A stretch of DNA of 45,040 bases from a bacterium (GTDB lineage Bacteria > DUMJ01), in assembly GCA_026418035.1 (NCBI GenBank), contig JAOACC010000097.1, positions 1 to 45,040 on the forward strand. The letters are read 5' to 3'. Of this stretch, positions 7,244-17,544 are shown piece after piece (the first letter of the stretch is position 1; every line of letters starts with the position of its first letter). The notes beneath the pieces are model-generated. The model had not been told where the DNA came from. It was given only the letters and a program-made list of their open reading frames with translations, and did not search any database. A program made the translations under genes and the position numbers.

Positions 7244-9568
7244 AAACAATATCAGTCCAGCCGAGATATAGAGAATACTACTTACAATAAGGACAAAAGT
7301 GAATCCAGTATAAATTGATATTACAGTAGACAAAAATGAACTTAAGACAGAAGCAACACCATTTATAGCCCAACACCAGGGAATAGCATTAACTGAGTAT
7401 TTTTTAACTTTTTCCAAGGCTATTGGAAATGGCATTCCCATAAGAAATCCCAATGGACCTATCATAATAATACAGAGTAATACTCTAAGATAAAAAGGAT
7501 ATCTTAAAGAGAACTCTAGTATAAAAGGTAAACTAATAGAAATAGCTAAGATAAAAACGCCTAAAATAAGAGTGATTGGACTTTTAGAGAGTCTAATGGA
7601 GTAAAAGCTTCCAAAACCAGAAGATAATAATAAAATAGCTAAAATAATAGAAAAAGAGTAGATGGGTTTTCCTAGATAGAGTATAAATCTCTGCATTATT
7701 GGAATCTCTACAAAAAGATAAGCTACTCCTATGATAAAAAAATAGATAGATAGTTTTGAGATTTTATGAAGCCTTGGAAGCGTTCCTCTCTTTAAAATAA
7801 AGGGTAGCATAATTATAAGGACTGAAAACATTATAAGTAGAAAGATTGTGCCAATTATAATAATATAACCTGCTCCACCGAAAGGTTGCCAAGTTCGTCC
7901 CCAATTTTTCAATATTATAGAAATCTGATCTTTCTTGAAGAAGTGAAAGAAAAAAGGCCTATCATCTCTTGGGGGATCAATACGAAAAGGATAATCCTTA
8001 GAAAAATCCTCTTCTCTTAACAACTTCTGAAAATACTCAAAGTATATATCCTCAGGGAGGACATTAAATCTGTTTGTCTCAGAGGACTTAAGTCCATAGA
8101 GAAAAGTCAAGTCAAAAGACATAGATTCTGAGAATCTTTTTATCTTGCTTATCTCTTCCAAAGTAAATTCTCCATTCTTTACTATAAAAGTCATCGTATT
8201 TAGACTCCTAAAAGAGACAATACGCTTTTCGGGCTCTTTAACTCCAAGTTCTCTAAGCCCAGTAAGTATGATATTAAAAAGTCTCAATTCCTCTACAGGT
8301 GGCCGCTGAAGCCATCTAGTAAATAAAACTATACCATCAGGATTAAGATGGGTATAGACCGATTTGAAGCTTTCCACCGTATATTTATAATTTTCTCTTA
8401 AAGAATAAGAACCAGATGCAACCACATAAAAGGATTCCTCTAATGAAAACTGAATAACATCAAACATCTCTCTACTTTGAGCAAGATATATTCTAGGATG
8501 CTCAACTATAAAGCGAATATTTGATAAATCCAAAAGATATTTCTTTAATATATCAACCATTATAGGATTTTCAAAAATGACAGTTATGTCTTTAATATCT
8601 TTATTCAAAGCCAAGACTATATCTAGTCCACCTACAGGCTCAACTATGAGAACTTTAGAATTTTTCTTTAAAACATATAAAATAGACTGGGGTAAATAAT
8701 CTGTGAAATGGTTAGAGGTAATTATAGCTTTTAGATTCTCCCCATCAGTAGTTATACCTATCCCTGAAGGTAATTTTCCATTATATTTATAACTCAAACC
8801 AGGGGCATATCTTATAACTGGTGACTCTACAATATCTACCCTTGAATTAACATTTCTATAAGTAGCTAAGACTTTGGTCTGAGGAATTTTAAGTAGTTGT
8901 GAAAGATCTTTATATGGAGAAAGTCTTACTGAAATTTCAAATGGCTTGTAAATAGCAAGGTATACAAAAGTCAACAGTAGTATGGTAGAGAGAGTATTGT
9001 ATCTTGACCTTTGGCAGAGTAAAAGTGAAGCCAAAAGCCCTAAAATTACGCTTACTAACATCGCTCCGAATTCACTAAGGATAGAAATAAAGAATAATAC
9101 AGAGATAGAGCCGATAGAAGCCCCTATAAATGTCATACTATAAAGAGTAAAATGCGTTTCATGAAAGATGGTCAAGGAAAGAGATACAAGCAGTCCAGAA
9201 AAGAAAAAGGGTATCAAGAAAGAGATAAAATTGAGAAAAAAGTAGAAAAACTGTATTTTAGACCAAGGAATTAGGAATGGATCAAAAGGAAGAAGGTTTA
9301 CCGCTATATAAGTAAGAACAATTGATAATGGATAGATTATACTCAGAAGTCTAAGGTATTTCATCCCTTCCTCTTTATAAATTACTTTCTTAAAGACAAG
9401 GTATATTCCTCCTATACCATTACCCAAAAGCGCTAACCCTACAATTAAGAATGCCCAGTGATATCCCTGAGTTATAGAGAATATCCTAGTAAGCAAAACC
9501 TGTAGATAGAGTTGTGATATGGAAACAAATATTAATGCTATAAAAAGGGAAATATTATCCTTCTTCAC
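7205..9568 (-). CDS. polytopic membrane protein with a central spermidine-synthase/class-I-methyltransferase-like domain
   Basis: 787 aa. About 7 TM, then a roughly 350-aa soluble domain (VLIVEPVGGLDIVLAL..ITVIFENPIMVD..FDVIQFSL), then about 6 TM. GTG start. The 3' end overlaps pcm by 39 nt. Confidence 0.5.
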   Translation of the reverse strand: MKKDNISLFIALIFVSISQLYLQVLLTRIFSITQGYHWAFLIVGLALLGNGIGGIYLVFKKVIYKEEGMKYLRLLSIIYPLSIVLTYIAVNLLPFDPFLIPWSKIQFFYFFLNFISFLIPFFFSGLLVSLSLTIFHETHFTLYSMTFIGASIGSISVLFFISILSEFGAMLVSVILGLLASLLLCQRSRYNTLSTILLLTFVYLAIYKPFEISVRLSPYKDLSQLLKIPQTKVLATYRNVNSRVDIVESPVIRYAPGLSYKYNGKLPSGIGITTDGENLKAIITSNHFTDYLPQSILYVLKKNSKVLIVEPVGGLDIVLALNKDIKDITVIFENPIMVDILKKYLLDLSNIRFIVEHPRIYLAQSREMFDVIQFSLEESFYVVASGSYSLRENYKYTVESFKSVYTHLNPDGIVLFTRWLQRPPVEELRLFNIILTGLRELGVKEPEKRIVSFRSLNTMTFIVKNGEFTLEEISKIKRFSESMSFDLTFLYGLKSSETNRFNVLPEDIYFEYFQKLLREEDFSKDYPFRIDPPRDDRPFFFHFFKKDQISIILKNWGRTWQPFGGAGYIIIIGTIFLLIMFSVLIIMLPFILKRGTLPRLHKISKLSIYFFIIGVAYLFVEIPIMQRFILYLGKPIYSFSIILAILLLSSGFGSFYSIRLSKSPITLILGVFILAISISLPFILEFSLRYPFYLRVLLCIIMIGPLGFLMGMPFPIALEKVKKYSVNAIPWCWAINGVASVLSSFLSTVISIYTGFTFVLIVSSILYISAGLILFLSPDKRNKEDIP

Positions 9569-9658
9569 ACTAACATTATACTATGTGGCTCACCTCAGAG
9601 TATAATATAATTAAAAGAATAATTTTATAGAAACAAATGCAGGGGTGAAAGAAACTTT

Positions 9659-10525
9659 ATGAAATTAGTTAGATATCCCGGTAATCCAATACTTAAACCT
9701 ACTTATACTTGGGAAGAAGGTGGAACGTTTAATGCAGGAGTTGTATACCATAACGGACTATTTCATCTCCTCTATAGAGCGGTATATGGAGAGAATAGGT
9801 CGAACATAGGGTATGCGGTAAGTAGAGATGGTTTTCATTTTTTCAAACTAGATAAGCCTGTCTTTGAACATACTGGAGATTATGAAACCTTTGGAGCGGA
9901 AGATCCAAGAATTACAAAGATAGGGGATACATTTTATATGCTCTATACTGCATATTCAGAGAGGGGAACTAGGGTATCTTTAGCCAGCACTAGAAACTTT
10001 ATAACATGGGAAAGATATGGAGTGGTATTACCGGACGTCGATAATAAAGATGCTGTGCTTTTCCCCGAAAAGATTGGGGGTAAATATGTAATGCTACATA
10101 GGATACCTCCAGATATATGGATTGCCTACTCTGATGACCTCATTCATTGGGGAGGACACAGAATTATAATGACTCCTAGGAAAGGCAAATGGGATAGTAA
10201 AAAGATTGGAGCTGGAGCTCCTCCAATGAAAACAGACAGCGGGTGGCTTATATTCTACCATGGGGTAGATGAAGATATGGTCTATAGACTTGGTGTAGCC
10301 CTTCTAGATTTAGAAGATCCAAGTATAGTATTAAAGAGACAAGAAGAACCAATCCTCGAACCAGAAAAGTACTATGAACTAGAAGGCATAGTTCCTAATG
10401 TAGTATTTACTTGTGGAGCAGTAGAGGTAAATAATACCTACTATGTATACTACGGCGGAGGCGACTACGTAATAGGGGTAGCAACAGTAAATAAAGAAGA
10501 GGTGGATAAATTTATAAAAGGATGA
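9659..10525 (+). CDS. GH130 family glycoside phosphorylase/hydrolase (DUF377-type beta-propeller)
   Basis: 288 aa. NPILKP..WEEGGTFNAGVVYHNGLFHLLYRA..IGYAVSRDGFHF..EDPRITKIGDTFYMLYTAY is characteristic of GH130. Confidence 0.75.
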   Translation: MKLVRYPGNPILKPTYTWEEGGTFNAGVVYHNGLFHLLYRAVYGENRSNIGYAVSRDGFHFFKLDKPVFEHTGDYETFGAEDPRITKIGDTFYMLYTAYSERGTRVSLASTRNFITWERYGVVLPDVDNKDAVLFPEKIGGKYVMLHRIPPDIWIAYSDDLIHWGGHRIIMTPRKGKWDSKKIGAGAPPMKTDSGWLIFYHGVDEDMVYRLGVALLDLEDPSIVLKRQEEPILEPEKYYELEGIVPNVVFTCGAVEVNNTYYVYYGGGDYVIGVATVNKEEVDKFIKG

Positions 10526-10746
10526 GAATAACAGTAAGGGTTAAGCCTAATTCTGTTAAACAGAATATTAAAGTAGGAAATAATGAGTATAGAGTTTCTT
10601 TAAATTCTCCCCCATTAGAGGGAAAAGCCAATGAAGAATTAATAGAAATCTTGGCAGATTATTTTAATACATCAAAATCCAAAGTCAAGATTATAAGTGG
10701 GCATAAAAGTAAGATAAAAGTGGTAGAGATAAAAATGGAGGGTTAG
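10522..10746 (+). CDS. DUF167 (YggU-like) protein
   Basis: 74 aa. RVKPNS...LNSPPLEGKANEELIEILADYF...VKIISGHKSKIKVVEI matches the YggU pattern. ATGA overlap with the GH130 gene. Confidence 0.7.
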   Translation: MRITVRVKPNSVKQNIKVGNNEYRVSLNSPPLEGKANEELIEILADYFNTSKSKVKIISGHKSKIKVVEIKMEG

Positions 10747-11529
10747 ATGCCAGAATTACCTGAATTAGAAATACTTGTAAGCAATTTAAGAAATAGAATA
10801 AAGGATAAAACTCTTGGTAGACCAATTATAATAAATCCAAAAGTAATTAGCGGAGATTCGAATCTGCTAGAGGATAAGATGATAAAGGATGTAATGAGAA
10901 GAGGTAAGTGGGTCTTAATCTCTCTGGATGAGATGTATATAGCATTTCATCTAAGGCTTAATGGATATATATTCTTAGTAGATTATGGAGAAGCAGATAG
11001 TTATGACTGTATAATACTTCCAGTAGATGGAGAATATATACACTTTGGAGACCCAAGGAGGCTTGCTCAGATGAAGATAACCAGTGAGATAGACTCCCTA
11101 ATAGAGGAGCTAGGAGTAGATCCTCTATCGAAAGATTTTACGCTAGAATATCTAAGTAAAAGCCTTAAGAAGAAGCGTGGTAATATAAAGACGTTCCTAA
11201 TGGACCAAGATATAATCTCAGGTATAGGAAATACATATGCAGATGAGATACTATTTTGGGCAAAGATAAACCCAACCAGACCTTGTCAGAGTCTAAGTAA
11301 AGAGGAAATAGAGGCTCTATATAACTCAATAAAGAATACTCTTGAAGAAGCCCTTAAATTAGGTGGCACATCTACCGAAGAATTTACAAATCTTATATCA
11401 AGAGAGAAAAGTTTTGAACCAAAGGTTCATAGAAAAGAAGGAGACCAATGTCCTATCTGTGATACTCCTATAGTTATGATAAAGATTGGTGGTAGGGGTA
11501 CCTATTACTGTCCAAGATGTCAGAAGTAA
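10747..11529 (+). CDS. mutM: formamidopyrimidine-DNA glycosylase (Fpg/Nei family)
   Basis: 260 aa. N-terminal MPELPE, H2TH region (GIGNTYADEILFWAKINP), C-terminal zinc finger CPIC..CPRC. Confidence 0.85.
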   Translation: MPELPELEILVSNLRNRIKDKTLGRPIIINPKVISGDSNLLEDKMIKDVMRRGKWVLISLDEMYIAFHLRLNGYIFLVDYGEADSYDCIILPVDGEYIHFGDPRRLAQMKITSEIDSLIEELGVDPLSKDFTLEYLSKSLKKKRGNIKTFLMDQDIISGIGNTYADEILFWAKINPTRPCQSLSKEEIEALYNSIKNTLEEALKLGGTSTEEFTNLISREKSFEPKVHRKEGDQCPICDTPIVMIKIGGRGTYYCPRCQK

Positions 11530-12110
11530 GCATAATAGTTACTGGAGCAATAGGAAGCGGTAAGAGTACAGTATGTAACTACCTTAAAGAGTTTGGAGCA
11601 GAGTATATATCAAGCGATGAGATTGCAAAGCATATAATAAATACTGATGATAGGGTAAGGAGGCTATTAAAATACTTTTTACCGGATTACGGTTCTAAAG
11701 AATTTGTAAGGGAAATATTTGTAGATTCGAATAAGAGGTATGTATTAAATTCTATTGTTCATCCATTTGTCTTAGGATATCTAAGAGGATATACTAGTAG
11801 AAGTGACATTTTAGTTATAGAGATACCTTTATATGTAGAGGTAAGGGCATGGGATATTGGAAATATTGTCGTTACAACATATGCATCAGAAGAAATACTA
11901 CTAGAAAGAATTATAAGAAAGTGGCATATTACACTAGAAGAAGCAAAAAAGAGATTAGCCTCCCAATTAGACCAAGAAATCAAACTTAGATTTGCAAACT
12001 ATAAAATAGATACCTCAATAAGTTTTGAGTATACGAAGGAACAGACTAAAAGAGTTTGGAAAGACTTAAGTACTCGTATTCTTAGCAAGGAAACTCAAAA
12101 TCTTACGTAA
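11517..12110 (+). CDS. coaE: dephospho-CoA kinase
   Basis: 197 aa. P-loop GAIGSGKST. 13-nt overlap with mutM, and mutM-coaE adjacency is common. Confidence 0.8.
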   Translation: MSEVSIIVTGAIGSGKSTVCNYLKEFGAEYISSDEIAKHIINTDDRVRRLLKYFLPDYGSKEFVREIFVDSNKRYVLNSIVHPFVLGYLRGYTSRSDILVIEIPLYVEVRAWDIGNIVVTTYASEEILLERIIRKWHITLEEAKKRLASQLDQEIKLRFANYKIDTSISFEYTKEQTKRVWKDLSTRILSKETQNLT

Positions 12111-13985
12111 AATAGTAATTAAGAGATATCCAACTATAGAGCCTAGTATAAATCCATTTAGTGTTCTCAGTAAAGTAATATGTACTGGTGTATGTATGTG
12201 GCAGAAAGAATTCATTATAGAGACAGGTGTTATCATAGATATAACACTAAATATAATACCTAATTCCTTTTTTGTCTTCAAGAATTCTAAAGCCAAAAAG
12301 ATCGATGGATAACCTATAAGAAATTCCTGTGTCCTAGGTCTTACGAACATAAATCTTTCAAGAATAGTCCTCATCCTAACTTCGAAGTCCCAAATAGCCT
12401 CTGAAGATATATTACCTGTTCTAAGTATATAAAATATACCTCCTCCAACAAAGAGAATTATCAATAATAGGCTCAAAACATTTAAAGGATAAGTTAAGAT
12501 ATTAACGATAACATCTCTTTGTGAAAGGTATATCAATAATAAAAAGAGTAAAAATGGAATAATATGCGCTAGTTTTACTCCCATAAATTGGCTTATCTGA
12601 AGCATAAAATCAGTAGAAGACAATCCTCCACCAATCATCAATCCGCCAGCTAGGCTTAATAAAGCTATCTTGATTATCTTATAAAGTGTAGGTTCTCTTT
12701 TATCAGAAAGAACAATTAGCCAAATAGGAACTATAGGAAATATACATGCTACCCCAAGAGCTAAAAGCTTTTTAAAGAGAGAAAGTGGAAAGATAGTAGC
12801 TAATCCCCCTGAGAAAAGGGATAGTAAAACTAAAGACCAAACTAAGGATAAGGGCAAAACGTTCTGACCAATTAGGAGTATAGCAGTGCATATCCCTAAT
12901 CCCATAGAAAGCATAGCTAATCTAAATCCTTGCCAGTCAGGTAAAATACTTACCCTCTCAACAATAAAATCTTCTTTACTTAGCCTCTCTTTAATAGAGG
13001 AGATTAGACTTATATTTTCTTCTATTAATGTCTCTTTCTCATAGATATTTGGTATAGGTCTAAGGTATAAAAATCTCACATTTCTCTCTTTAACAGCCCT
13101 TACGGTTCTATCTAGTAGCTCTCTGGGTTTAAGTTTATACATCTCTCCTAAGGTTATAGAATGTAATTTCACAATACTCCCCTTTAAATCTTTAGTAAGG
13201 ACCTCTATACCTTTTTGATTACTAAACTCTACCACTGCTATGTTAAGGCCGTTTTCTTTTATCAACTTAGCAGTTTCTTCTAGGTGCTTAGGGTACCCAA
13301 GAACCTCTGTACCCTGGAATAACAGTCCAGCAGTAATATCTCTATATGGAAGAATCGACTCTAGCATCTTAGGAATTGCTCGCTGGTTTATATATGGAGT
13401 ATTTAACGGTCTAAATATAATCCTATAGCCTAGAGATTTAGCTATTTCCAAAAGTGCAGAATCTATATAACCAGAGGGAAGTGTCCTCAGATTAGAAGAG
13501 GTGGTTTTTACTATAAATACCTGGTTAGAATTATACTGAAAAAGACTAACCTTTCCATAACCTATAAGGTCTTTTAAAAGGTCAATCCCTCTAGATACGT
13601 TAAATCCCGGCTTTACAATAATGTATGTCTCTGAGGGGCTCCCTTGCCTGTATAGAGCAGATATTAATGGGTCTATACTACCAGAAAATACCAACCTACC
13701 AAGTTCTCTATGGGAAAATATGCCAACATAATTTTTAGTTTCTAGATCTTGCCAAGTCAATAAAGGAATACTTAAGGTAGTAGCGCCTGCAGACCTTAAT
13801 TCTCTAAGCAGTTCATAAAAGGAGATACCCTCTTGAAACGCTAAGCTTTGAAAATCATCAGAATCTATAATAATCTCTACTCGATTATTCATTCTTTCTA
13901 GAGAAGATCTTTTGGATATGGAAATCAGGGATAAAACTACCGATATAACTAAAACAAGAATAACAAACCTCTTATCCTTTATCAT
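12066..13985 (-). CDS. hypothetical polytopic membrane protein: N-terminal anchor, about 330-aa extracytoplasmic domain, about 9-10 TM (possibly DUF5693-like)
   Basis: I prefer the ATG at 13985 (MIKDKRFVILVL...), which has SD AGAGGGG and lies 1 nt after the TAA of the upstream ABC gene. The track's TTG at 14009 has no SD. The 3' end overlaps coaE by 45 nt. Confidence 0.55.
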   Translation of the reverse strand: MIKDKRFVILVLVISVVLSLISISKRSSLERMNNRVEIIIDSDDFQSLAFQEGISFYELLRELRSAGATTLSIPLLTWQDLETKNYVGIFSHRELGRLVFSGSIDPLISALYRQGSPSETYIIVKPGFNVSRGIDLLKDLIGYGKVSLFQYNSNQVFIVKTTSSNLRTLPSGYIDSALLEIAKSLGYRIIFRPLNTPYINQRAIPKMLESILPYRDITAGLLFQGTEVLGYPKHLEETAKLIKENGLNIAVVEFSNQKGIEVLTKDLKGSIVKLHSITLGEMYKLKPRELLDRTVRAVKERNVRFLYLRPIPNIYEKETLIEENISLISSIKERLSKEDFIVERVSILPDWQGFRLAMLSMGLGICTAILLIGQNVLPLSLVWSLVLLSLFSGGLATIFPLSLFKKLLALGVACIFPIVPIWLIVLSDKREPTLYKIIKIALLSLAGGLMIGGGLSSTDFMLQISQFMGVKLAHIIPFLLFLLLIYLSQRDVIVNILTYPLNVLSLLLIILFVGGGIFYILRTGNISSEAIWDFEVRMRTILERFMFVRPRTQEFLIGYPSIFLALEFLKTKKELGIIFSVISMITPVSIMNSFCHIHTPVHITLLRTLNGFILGSIVGYLLITILRKILSFLAKNTST

Positions 13986-13986
13986 C

Positions 13987-15756
13987 TTAACCCCTCTCAC
14001 TGATTTCAACTAGATGCGAATATAAACCACCATTTCTTAACAATTCTTCATGAGTTCCCATCTCTGCTATTTTACCCTCCTGAATCACGATGATTCTATC
14101 CATCTCTTTTATCGTAGAAAGTCTATGGGCTATTACAATAGAAGTTCTACCTTCCATAAGTCTTTGTAAAGCTATTTGTATAAGTTTTTCTGTCTCTGTA
14201 TCTATATTTGAAGTAGCCTCGTCAAGTATTAGAATTCTAGGGTCTGAGAGTATAGCCCTAGCAATTGATATCAACTGTTTCTCTCCAACGGATATCCCTG
14301 CACCTCTTTCTCCTAACTCTGTATATAAGCCTTTTGGAAGCCTAGAGAGAAGATTACCCAGACAAGCCAGTTCGCAGGCTCTTTCTATTTCCTCTACTGT
14401 AGCATCCAGTCTGCCAAACCTAATATTCTCTAGGATTGTCCCAGAGAATATAAAAGGCTCTTGGGGGACAACAGCTATGAGTTTTCTTAGACTCTTATTC
14501 GATATCTTCTGTAAATCTATACCGTCTATCAGGATTCTACCACCCTGAGGCTGATAAAATTTTAGTAATAGATTAGTTATAGACGTCTTCCCTGCCCCTG
14601 TTGGTCCAGCTATACCAATCTTCTCACTAGGTTCTATATGTAGATTAAAATCTTCAAGTATCAATCTATCTGGCTCATAACCAAAATACACATGTTCAAA
14701 ATCTATTCGTCCTTCGACAAAATCTACATCTATAGCATCTGGAGCATCCTTTATCTTCGGCTCTATATCTAGAATCCCAAAAACTCTTTCTGCTCCAGCC
14801 ATAGCGGATTGAAGAATATTATATATATTAGTGAGTTCCTGTATAGGTCCAAAGAATCTACCAAGATAATTCAAAAATGCAACCAGTGTCCCAATAGTTA
14901 TTGCTCCTTGAATTACCTTTGTACCCCCATACCACAAGATAAGAGCTGTCCCACAGGCTGATATAAGTTCAACTGCAGGGAAATATATACCAGCAAGATG
15001 AACTGACTTCATAACAGCTTCTAAGCTATTCTGTGTAAGTCTATAGAAGTTTTCAGCACTCTCTTTGAAACGTGCAAAAACCTTGGTAACCTTTATACCA
15101 GCCATACTTTCGGCAAAGTTTCCAGTAACTATAGAGATACTAATTCTGACCATTCTATATATATCTCTCATCCTCTTTCTAAACTCAAAACTTACGACAA
15201 AGAGAAGTGGTAATAATAGGAAGGTAAGTCCAGTAAGCGTTAGATTCATACTCAAAAGGAGGACAATAATTCCTATAAGAACAAATCCATCACCTATAAT
15301 AGTGGTAATACCTGAGCTTATAAGTTCCAAAATAGCATCAATATCAGAGGTAAGACGGGATATCATCCTTCCAACCTTCTCTCTATTGTGATATGAAAGA
15401 TCAAGATTCTGTAGGTGGGCAAAAAGTTCGTTTCTCAACTTCAGCACAATAGTTTCTCCCATCCTTGTCATAAAATAGGACTGTAGACCTGAAAAGAGCG
15501 AACTTATGCCTATACATACCATATAGAATACACCATACACTATAAGCTTATCAAAATCTTTAAGGATTAATGCCTTATCTATAGCTAACCTTAATATATA
15601 TGGTCTAGCCAAATCTGCAGCACTCGCTACAAGCATAAAGAGAACTGTAACAAGTATCTCTCTTTTGTGAGGAATAGCTAGCTTAAATATTCTTCTAGCA
15701 AGCTTAGGATCATACGCTTTACCTAAAACTTCCTCTTCAAGCTCTATCTCAGGCAT
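13987..15756 (-). CDS. ABC exporter half-transporter (TMD-NBD), subunit B
   Basis: Walker A GPTGAGKTS, Q-loop VPQEPFIF, non-canonical signature ISVGEKQ, Walker B LILDEATS, H-loop IAHRLST. The ATG at 15756 with SD AGGTGA is preferred over the GTG at 15765. Confidence 0.85.
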   Translation of the reverse strand: MPEIELEEEVLGKAYDPKLARRIFKLAIPHKREILVTVLFMLVASAADLARPYILRLAIDKALILKDFDKLIVYGVFYMVCIGISSLFSGLQSYFMTRMGETIVLKLRNELFAHLQNLDLSYHNREKVGRMISRLTSDIDAILELISSGITTIIGDGFVLIGIIVLLLSMNLTLTGLTFLLLPLLFVVSFEFRKRMRDIYRMVRISISIVTGNFAESMAGIKVTKVFARFKESAENFYRLTQNSLEAVMKSVHLAGIYFPAVELISACGTALILWYGGTKVIQGAITIGTLVAFLNYLGRFFGPIQELTNIYNILQSAMAGAERVFGILDIEPKIKDAPDAIDVDFVEGRIDFEHVYFGYEPDRLILEDFNLHIEPSEKIGIAGPTGAGKTSITNLLLKFYQPQGGRILIDGIDLQKISNKSLRKLIAVVPQEPFIFSGTILENIRFGRLDATVEEIERACELACLGNLLSRLPKGLYTELGERGAGISVGEKQLISIARAILSDPRILILDEATSNIDTETEKLIQIALQRLMEGRTSIVIAHRLSTIKEMDRIIVIQEGKIAEMGTHEELLRNGGLYSHLVEISERG

Positions 15757-17467
15757 TACTTTCACCTACTAACTGCATATGATATATCCTAGCATATATG
15801 CCATTCCTATCTAACAGCTCTTCATGAGTCCCTTCTTCAACTATCCTTCCATTCTCCAATACTATTATCTTATCTGCATTTCTTATGGTAGATAATCTAT
15901 GGGCAACAATAAAGATAGTAGATCTCTTTCTAAATTCTTCTAGTGCTTCATGAATAAGAAGCTCCGTCTCCACATCAACACTAGAGGTCGGTTCATCTAA
16001 GAGAAGTATTGGTGGATTTATAAGGAGAGCTCTTGCTAAGCTAACCCTTTGCCTCTCACCTCCAGACAGAGTAACACCTCGTTCTCCCACCATAGTGTTA
16101 TATCCTTGGGGAAGGCTCATAATGAAATCATAACACTGAGCCTTCTTGCTCACGTCTATAATCTCTTCCATAGTAGCATTGGGCTTGCCAAAGGCGATGT
16201 TATTCTTTATGGTATCTGAGAATAAAAATGGCTCCTGAAAGACCATTCCTATATGTTTTCTTAAATAATCTAGACTATATTTTCTTATATCTATCCCATC
16301 TATATATATAGTGCCGTGCTGTGGATCATATAGCCTAGGTATAAGTTCCAAGAGTGTACTCTTACCACAACCGGTAGAACCAACTATTGCTATAGTCTCT
16401 CCTGGTTTCACTCTAAGATTTATGTCTTTTAATACAGGTTCATTCTTATTGTAACCAAATGTTACATGTTCAAATACCACCTCTCCTCTTATTGGTTTTA
16501 AAATAGGATTCTGCGGTTCAACTTCACGTGGCACACTAAATATCTCCAATAATCTATCTCTAGCTGCTATATACCTTTGAGAGAGATTTATTATGTGTCC
16601 AACTGAACGCATAGGCCAGAGTAACATACCAACATAGGAGTTAAAAGCAACTAGTTCTCCAAGAGTAAGATTACCATTTATTACTTGGATACCACCATAG
16701 AGGAGTATAATTAAAAGACTTAAATTAGCTATAAAACCTATAAGAGGAGAATAAAATGAAGATATTCTGGTAGCTGATAAAACCTTATTTAAAACTCCAA
16801 AAGATTCTTTATTAAATTTATCTATAGCGTAATCCTCTCTGCCATATGATTTAACCACCTTAATCCCATAAAGATGCTCCTCTGCCACCCTAGTCATAAC
16901 CGCTATCTGCTGTTGGGTCTTCAGGTGTAGAGGCCTTACCTTTCTAGAAAACTTAACTGTAGTTAGTGAGATAAATGGCAAAATTAAAGAGACTATAAGG
17001 GCTAATCTCACATTTGTAACAAATATAAAATACATAGCTCCACAGAAAAGGAGAAGGATCCAAAAGACTTGTATAAGAGCATGGTTAACAAATCTTTTTA
17101 CCACTTCTACATCGCTAGCAGCTCTAGAAACAAGTTCACCAATAGACATCTTTCCGAAGTAAGAAACAGGAACATGATGTAGATGTTCATATAGTTCATC
17201 CTTGATTGCCTTCCCTATCTTTTCTGTAAATAGACCACTTAGATTCCTCTGTATATAGGTTAGAAATCCTCTAACTAGTGCTATTAAAACTATAATGACA
17301 GCATAACGAGAAAGTTCTTTAGAGCTTCCTTGGGTAAGACTATCTATTCCAGCCTGAAGAATACGAGGCGATATGAGACTAAGTATAGTAGCAATTGTAA
17401 GGGCTACTATACTTACAACCAAATATTTCCACCATCTAGATACATATCTAAGCAGAAACGTATCCAT
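15749..17467 (-). CDS. ABC exporter half-transporter (TMD-NBD), subunit A
   Basis: 572 aa. Walker A GSTGCGKST, signature LSGGERQRV, Walker B LLLDEPTS, H-loop VAHRLST. Six-helix type I exporter TMD. Confidence 0.85.
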   Translation of the reverse strand: MDTFLLRYVSRWWKYLVVSIVALTIATILSLISPRILQAGIDSLTQGSSKELSRYAVIIVLIALVRGFLTYIQRNLSGLFTEKIGKAIKDELYEHLHHVPVSYFGKMSIGELVSRAASDVEVVKRFVNHALIQVFWILLLFCGAMYFIFVTNVRLALIVSLILPFISLTTVKFSRKVRPLHLKTQQQIAVMTRVAEEHLYGIKVVKSYGREDYAIDKFNKESFGVLNKVLSATRISSFYSPLIGFIANLSLLIILLYGGIQVINGNLTLGELVAFNSYVGMLLWPMRSVGHIINLSQRYIAARDRLLEIFSVPREVEPQNPILKPIRGEVVFEHVTFGYNKNEPVLKDINLRVKPGETIAIVGSTGCGKSTLLELIPRLYDPQHGTIYIDGIDIRKYSLDYLRKHIGMVFQEPFLFSDTIKNNIAFGKPNATMEEIIDVSKKAQCYDFIMSLPQGYNTMVGERGVTLSGGERQRVSLARALLINPPILLLDEPTSSVDVETELLIHEALEEFRKRSTIFIVAHRLSTIRNADKIIVLENGRIVEEGTHEELLDRNGIYARIYHMQLVGESNA

Positions 17468-17544
17468 TGTATTCAGCTAAATTATATGATAACATATTAA
17501 AAAAATAAATCAACATCTAGGGTTGACGGGAGAATTGGCTGGAT

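Noticed and set aside
9569-9658. TATAAT boxes at 9575-9580 (minus) and 9601-9606 (plus) as promoters for the 787-aa membrane protein gene and the GH130 gene.
   Set aside because: No acceptable -35 hexamer lies at 16-18 nt for either box, and in DNA this AT-rich a lone TATAAT is expected by chance.
13986-15765. Longer track starts for the 647-aa membrane protein (TTG at 14009) and ABC subunit B (GTG at 15765).
   Set aside because: Neither has an SD. The downstream ATGs (13985 and 15756) each sit 5 nt after a good SD (AGAGGGG and AGGTGA) and give classic stop/start coupling.
17523-17544. TTGACG 16 nt upstream of the alaS ATG as a -35 element.
   Set aside because: There is no room for a spacer, a -10 box and a leader before the start codon. 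It is more likely a coincidence next to the GGAG ribosome-binding site.
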